Position numbers and translations under genes: made by a program. This document shows, one piece after another, positions 62,766 through 64,000 of a DNA stretch of 64,000 nt. The notes below the pieces were generated by a model that was given only the letters and a program-made list of their open reading frames with translations, searched no databases and was not told where the DNA came from. The number at the start of each line of letters is the position of its first letter. The stretch's first letter is position 1. Origin of the DNA: Candidatus Bilamarchaeum dharawalense. GTDB taxonomy: Archaea; Micrarchaeota; Micrarchaeia; Anstonellales; Bilamarchaeaceae. Location: the NCBI GenBank assembly GCA_902386555.1, contig CABMJJ010000001.1, positions 5,381 to 69,380 of the forward strand. Direction: 5' to 3'.

Positions 62766-62891
62766 GGGCCCATAGCTCAGCTTGGTAGAGCGTCGGACTT
62801 TTAATTTTAGTTAATAGCGAGCCAGTTTTTGCCTCGCTTTTTACTAAAAAGCGAGATCCGCAGGCCGAGGGTTCAAATCCCTCTGGGCCCG
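62766..62891 (+). tRNA. tRNA-Lys (anticodon UUU) with 52-nt intron at 37/38
   Basis: Acceptor GGGCCCA/TGGGCCC, discriminator G. D-arm GCTC-AGCTTGGTA-GAGC. Anticodon arm TCGGA-CTTTTA|intron 62804-62855|A-TCCGC. Variable AGGCC. T-arm GAGGG-TTCAAAT-CCCTC. Followed by a T-tract GTTTTTGTTTGTTTG. Confidence 0.85.
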
Positions 62892-63072
62892 TTTTTGTTT
62901 GTTTGAAGGGGCTTCACCCCTTCGAATCCCCAAACTTGCAAAGCAAGTTCCATTTAACCAAAACAAAATGTTACATTTATTTATAAACATCAAAATATCA
63001 TTTTTTTGTAACAGTGAGGTGAAAATATGACAAAAAGGTGGTTGGCCTGCAAATATTCTTGAAACAATTGGA

Positions 63073-63930
63073 ATGACTCCGATGGTAAAGATAAATAGAA
63101 TGAATGAAAATGAAAACGTCGAATTATATGCTAAGTTGGAAGGATGGAATCCAGGCGGAAGTGTAAAAGATCGCCCGGTCCTGAAAATGATTGAGGAAGC
63201 TGAGAAAAAGAATCTACTTTTTGAGAAAACAATTATTGAAGCAACTTCTGGAAATACAGGTATTGCACTTGCCATGATTGGTGCGGTAAAAGGCTATCAC
63301 GTTGAGATCATAATGCCAGAAAATGCCAGTGTAGAAAGACGGAAGACGATTGCTGCGTTTGGTGCTAAAATAATATTAACACCGGCAAAGGAAGGGATTG
63401 ATGGTGCAATAAGACTGGCAAATGAAAAAGCATTGAAAAATCCGGAGAGCTACTTTTTACCAGACCAGTATTCCAATGACAATAATCCCCTGGCGCATTA
63501 TGCGCAAACGGCAGAGGAAATATGGGATCAAACAGATGGTAAAATAGATGTTTTTGTAGCTGGCATTGGCACCGGTGGAACAGTTATGGGCGTAGGAAAA
63601 GCACTTAAGGAAAAAAACCCAAAGATTGAAGTGATTGCAGCAGAACCCGAACCAGACCACAAAATACAAGGTCTGAAAAATATGAAAACAACCATGGTAC
63701 CCAAAATATTTAGAAGAGAAAAAGTGGACAGAACTATTTATGTTAACGATAGCGATTCTTTCCAGACTGCACGCACATTAGCGAAAAAAGAGGGAATATT
63801 TGTCGGCATAAGTAGCGGAGCAGCCATGTGGACAGCGATTCAGATTGCAAATGAAAAAAAGAAAGGGAGGGTAGTTGCACTCCTACCAGATCGAGGGGAG
63901 AGGTATCTTAGTACCGATCTTTTCGGCTAG
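63073..63930 (+). CDS. cysK: cysteine synthase (O-acetylserine sulfhydrylase, CysK/CysM family); true N-terminus ambiguous or frameshifted
   Basis: GGSVKDRPV (PLP Lys), TSGNTGIALA, GIGTGGT, SSGAA. The same frame continues upstream as QKGGWPANILETIG with no start codon (see finding). Confidence 0.85.
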   Translation: MTPMVKINRMNENENVELYAKLEGWNPGGSVKDRPVLKMIEEAEKKNLLFEKTIIEATSGNTGIALAMIGAVKGYHVEIIMPENASVERRKTIAAFGAKIILTPAKEGIDGAIRLANEKALKNPESYFLPDQYSNDNNPLAHYAQTAEEIWDQTDGKIDVFVAGIGTGGTVMGVGKALKEKNPKIEVIAAEPEPDHKIQGLKNMKTTMVPKIFRREKVDRTIYVNDSDSFQTARTLAKKEGIFVGISSGAAMWTAIQIANEKKKGRVVALLPDRGERYLSTDLFG

Positions 63931-64000
63931 TAAGTCTCCAGATAACGATCAAGTTCCCACTGTGTTACTTGTAATCGATATTCATCCCACTCGGCAAGTT
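63927..64000 (-). CDS. glnA: glutamine synthetase type I, C-terminal fragment (gene continues beyond window)
   Basis: Minus-strand translation ...AEWDEYRLQVTQWELDRYLETY* matches the EWDxxRxQVxxWExxxY C-terminal block of GlnA. Its stop overlaps the cysK stop (CTAG). Confidence 0.6.
   Translation of the reverse strand, partial: LAEWDEYRLQVTQWELDRYLETY

Noticed and set aside
62844-63275. 143-aa minus-strand ORF
   Set aside because: It runs antisense through the tRNA-Lys 3' half, the spacer and the cysK 5' end, and has low-complexity Phe/Ser-rich sequence. It is a shadow ORF.
1778-63669. Remaining ORF-track entries nested in or antisense to the called genes (e.g. 1993..2319, 2494..3081, 8519..8797, 13651..14213, 29579..29824, 36806..37234, 41492..41950, 46229..47385, 51894..52406, 52650..53063, 57171..57617)
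   Set aside because: Each overlaps a gene with strong motif support, and its own translation is low-complexity or motif-free. They are shadow ORFs typical of AT-rich genomes.
1-64000. CRISPR arrays, rRNA genes, transposases/integrases, prophage genes
   Set aside because: I saw no regularly spaced direct repeats, no rRNA-like conserved strings, and no ORF with DDE, tyrosine-recombinase or serine-recombinase motifs. Repeats found are intragenic or short spacer repeats only.

Overview
Low-GC, gene-dense chromosomal segment that reads as archaeal. Evidence: diphthine synthase, ABCE1, Taw1, a Dpo4/DinB-type polymerase, a class III (pilin-type) signal-peptide protein, TATA-like boxes about 25 nt upstream of several start codons, and three tRNA genes that all carry introns (tRNA-Pro apparently carries two). 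It also holds many zinc-ribbon mini-ORFs, giant Cys-rich secreted proteins and bacterial-type metabolic genes: class II FBA + GlpX, MetK, ATP-PEPCK, Tdh/Kbl, and a 2-oxoacid dehydrogenase complex with a split LplA. This mix suggests a small-genome, DPANN-like archaeon, but the lineage is inference only. I call about 80 CDS, 3 tRNAs and 2 candidate structured RNAs. I saw no rRNA, CRISPR array, transposase or integrase. Most noteworthy: (1) two GC-rich, helix-dense non-coding islands flanking a pilin-like gene (60868-61005, 61258-61475) that I could not assign to any RNA family; (2) an unrecognised ~70-aa C-terminal domain (GQIS-YET ... MH-x2-FKN) shared by three proteins, one of them fused to an HExxH module; (3) tRNA-Pro(CGG) with a canonical intron plus a D-arm insertion; (4) two copies of a split NSUN methyltransferase + PUA-like partner module; (5) two giant secreted proteins sharing a Cys-rich C-x-D-S-D-G-G module; (6) a TPR-AAA+ ATPase fusion; (7) a cysK whose conserved N-terminus is out of frame with its SD-preceded ATG because of an A5 run; (8) a recurring 23-nt palindromic hairpin. 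All functional calls rest on motif recognition by eye in the supplied translations. No database search was run.
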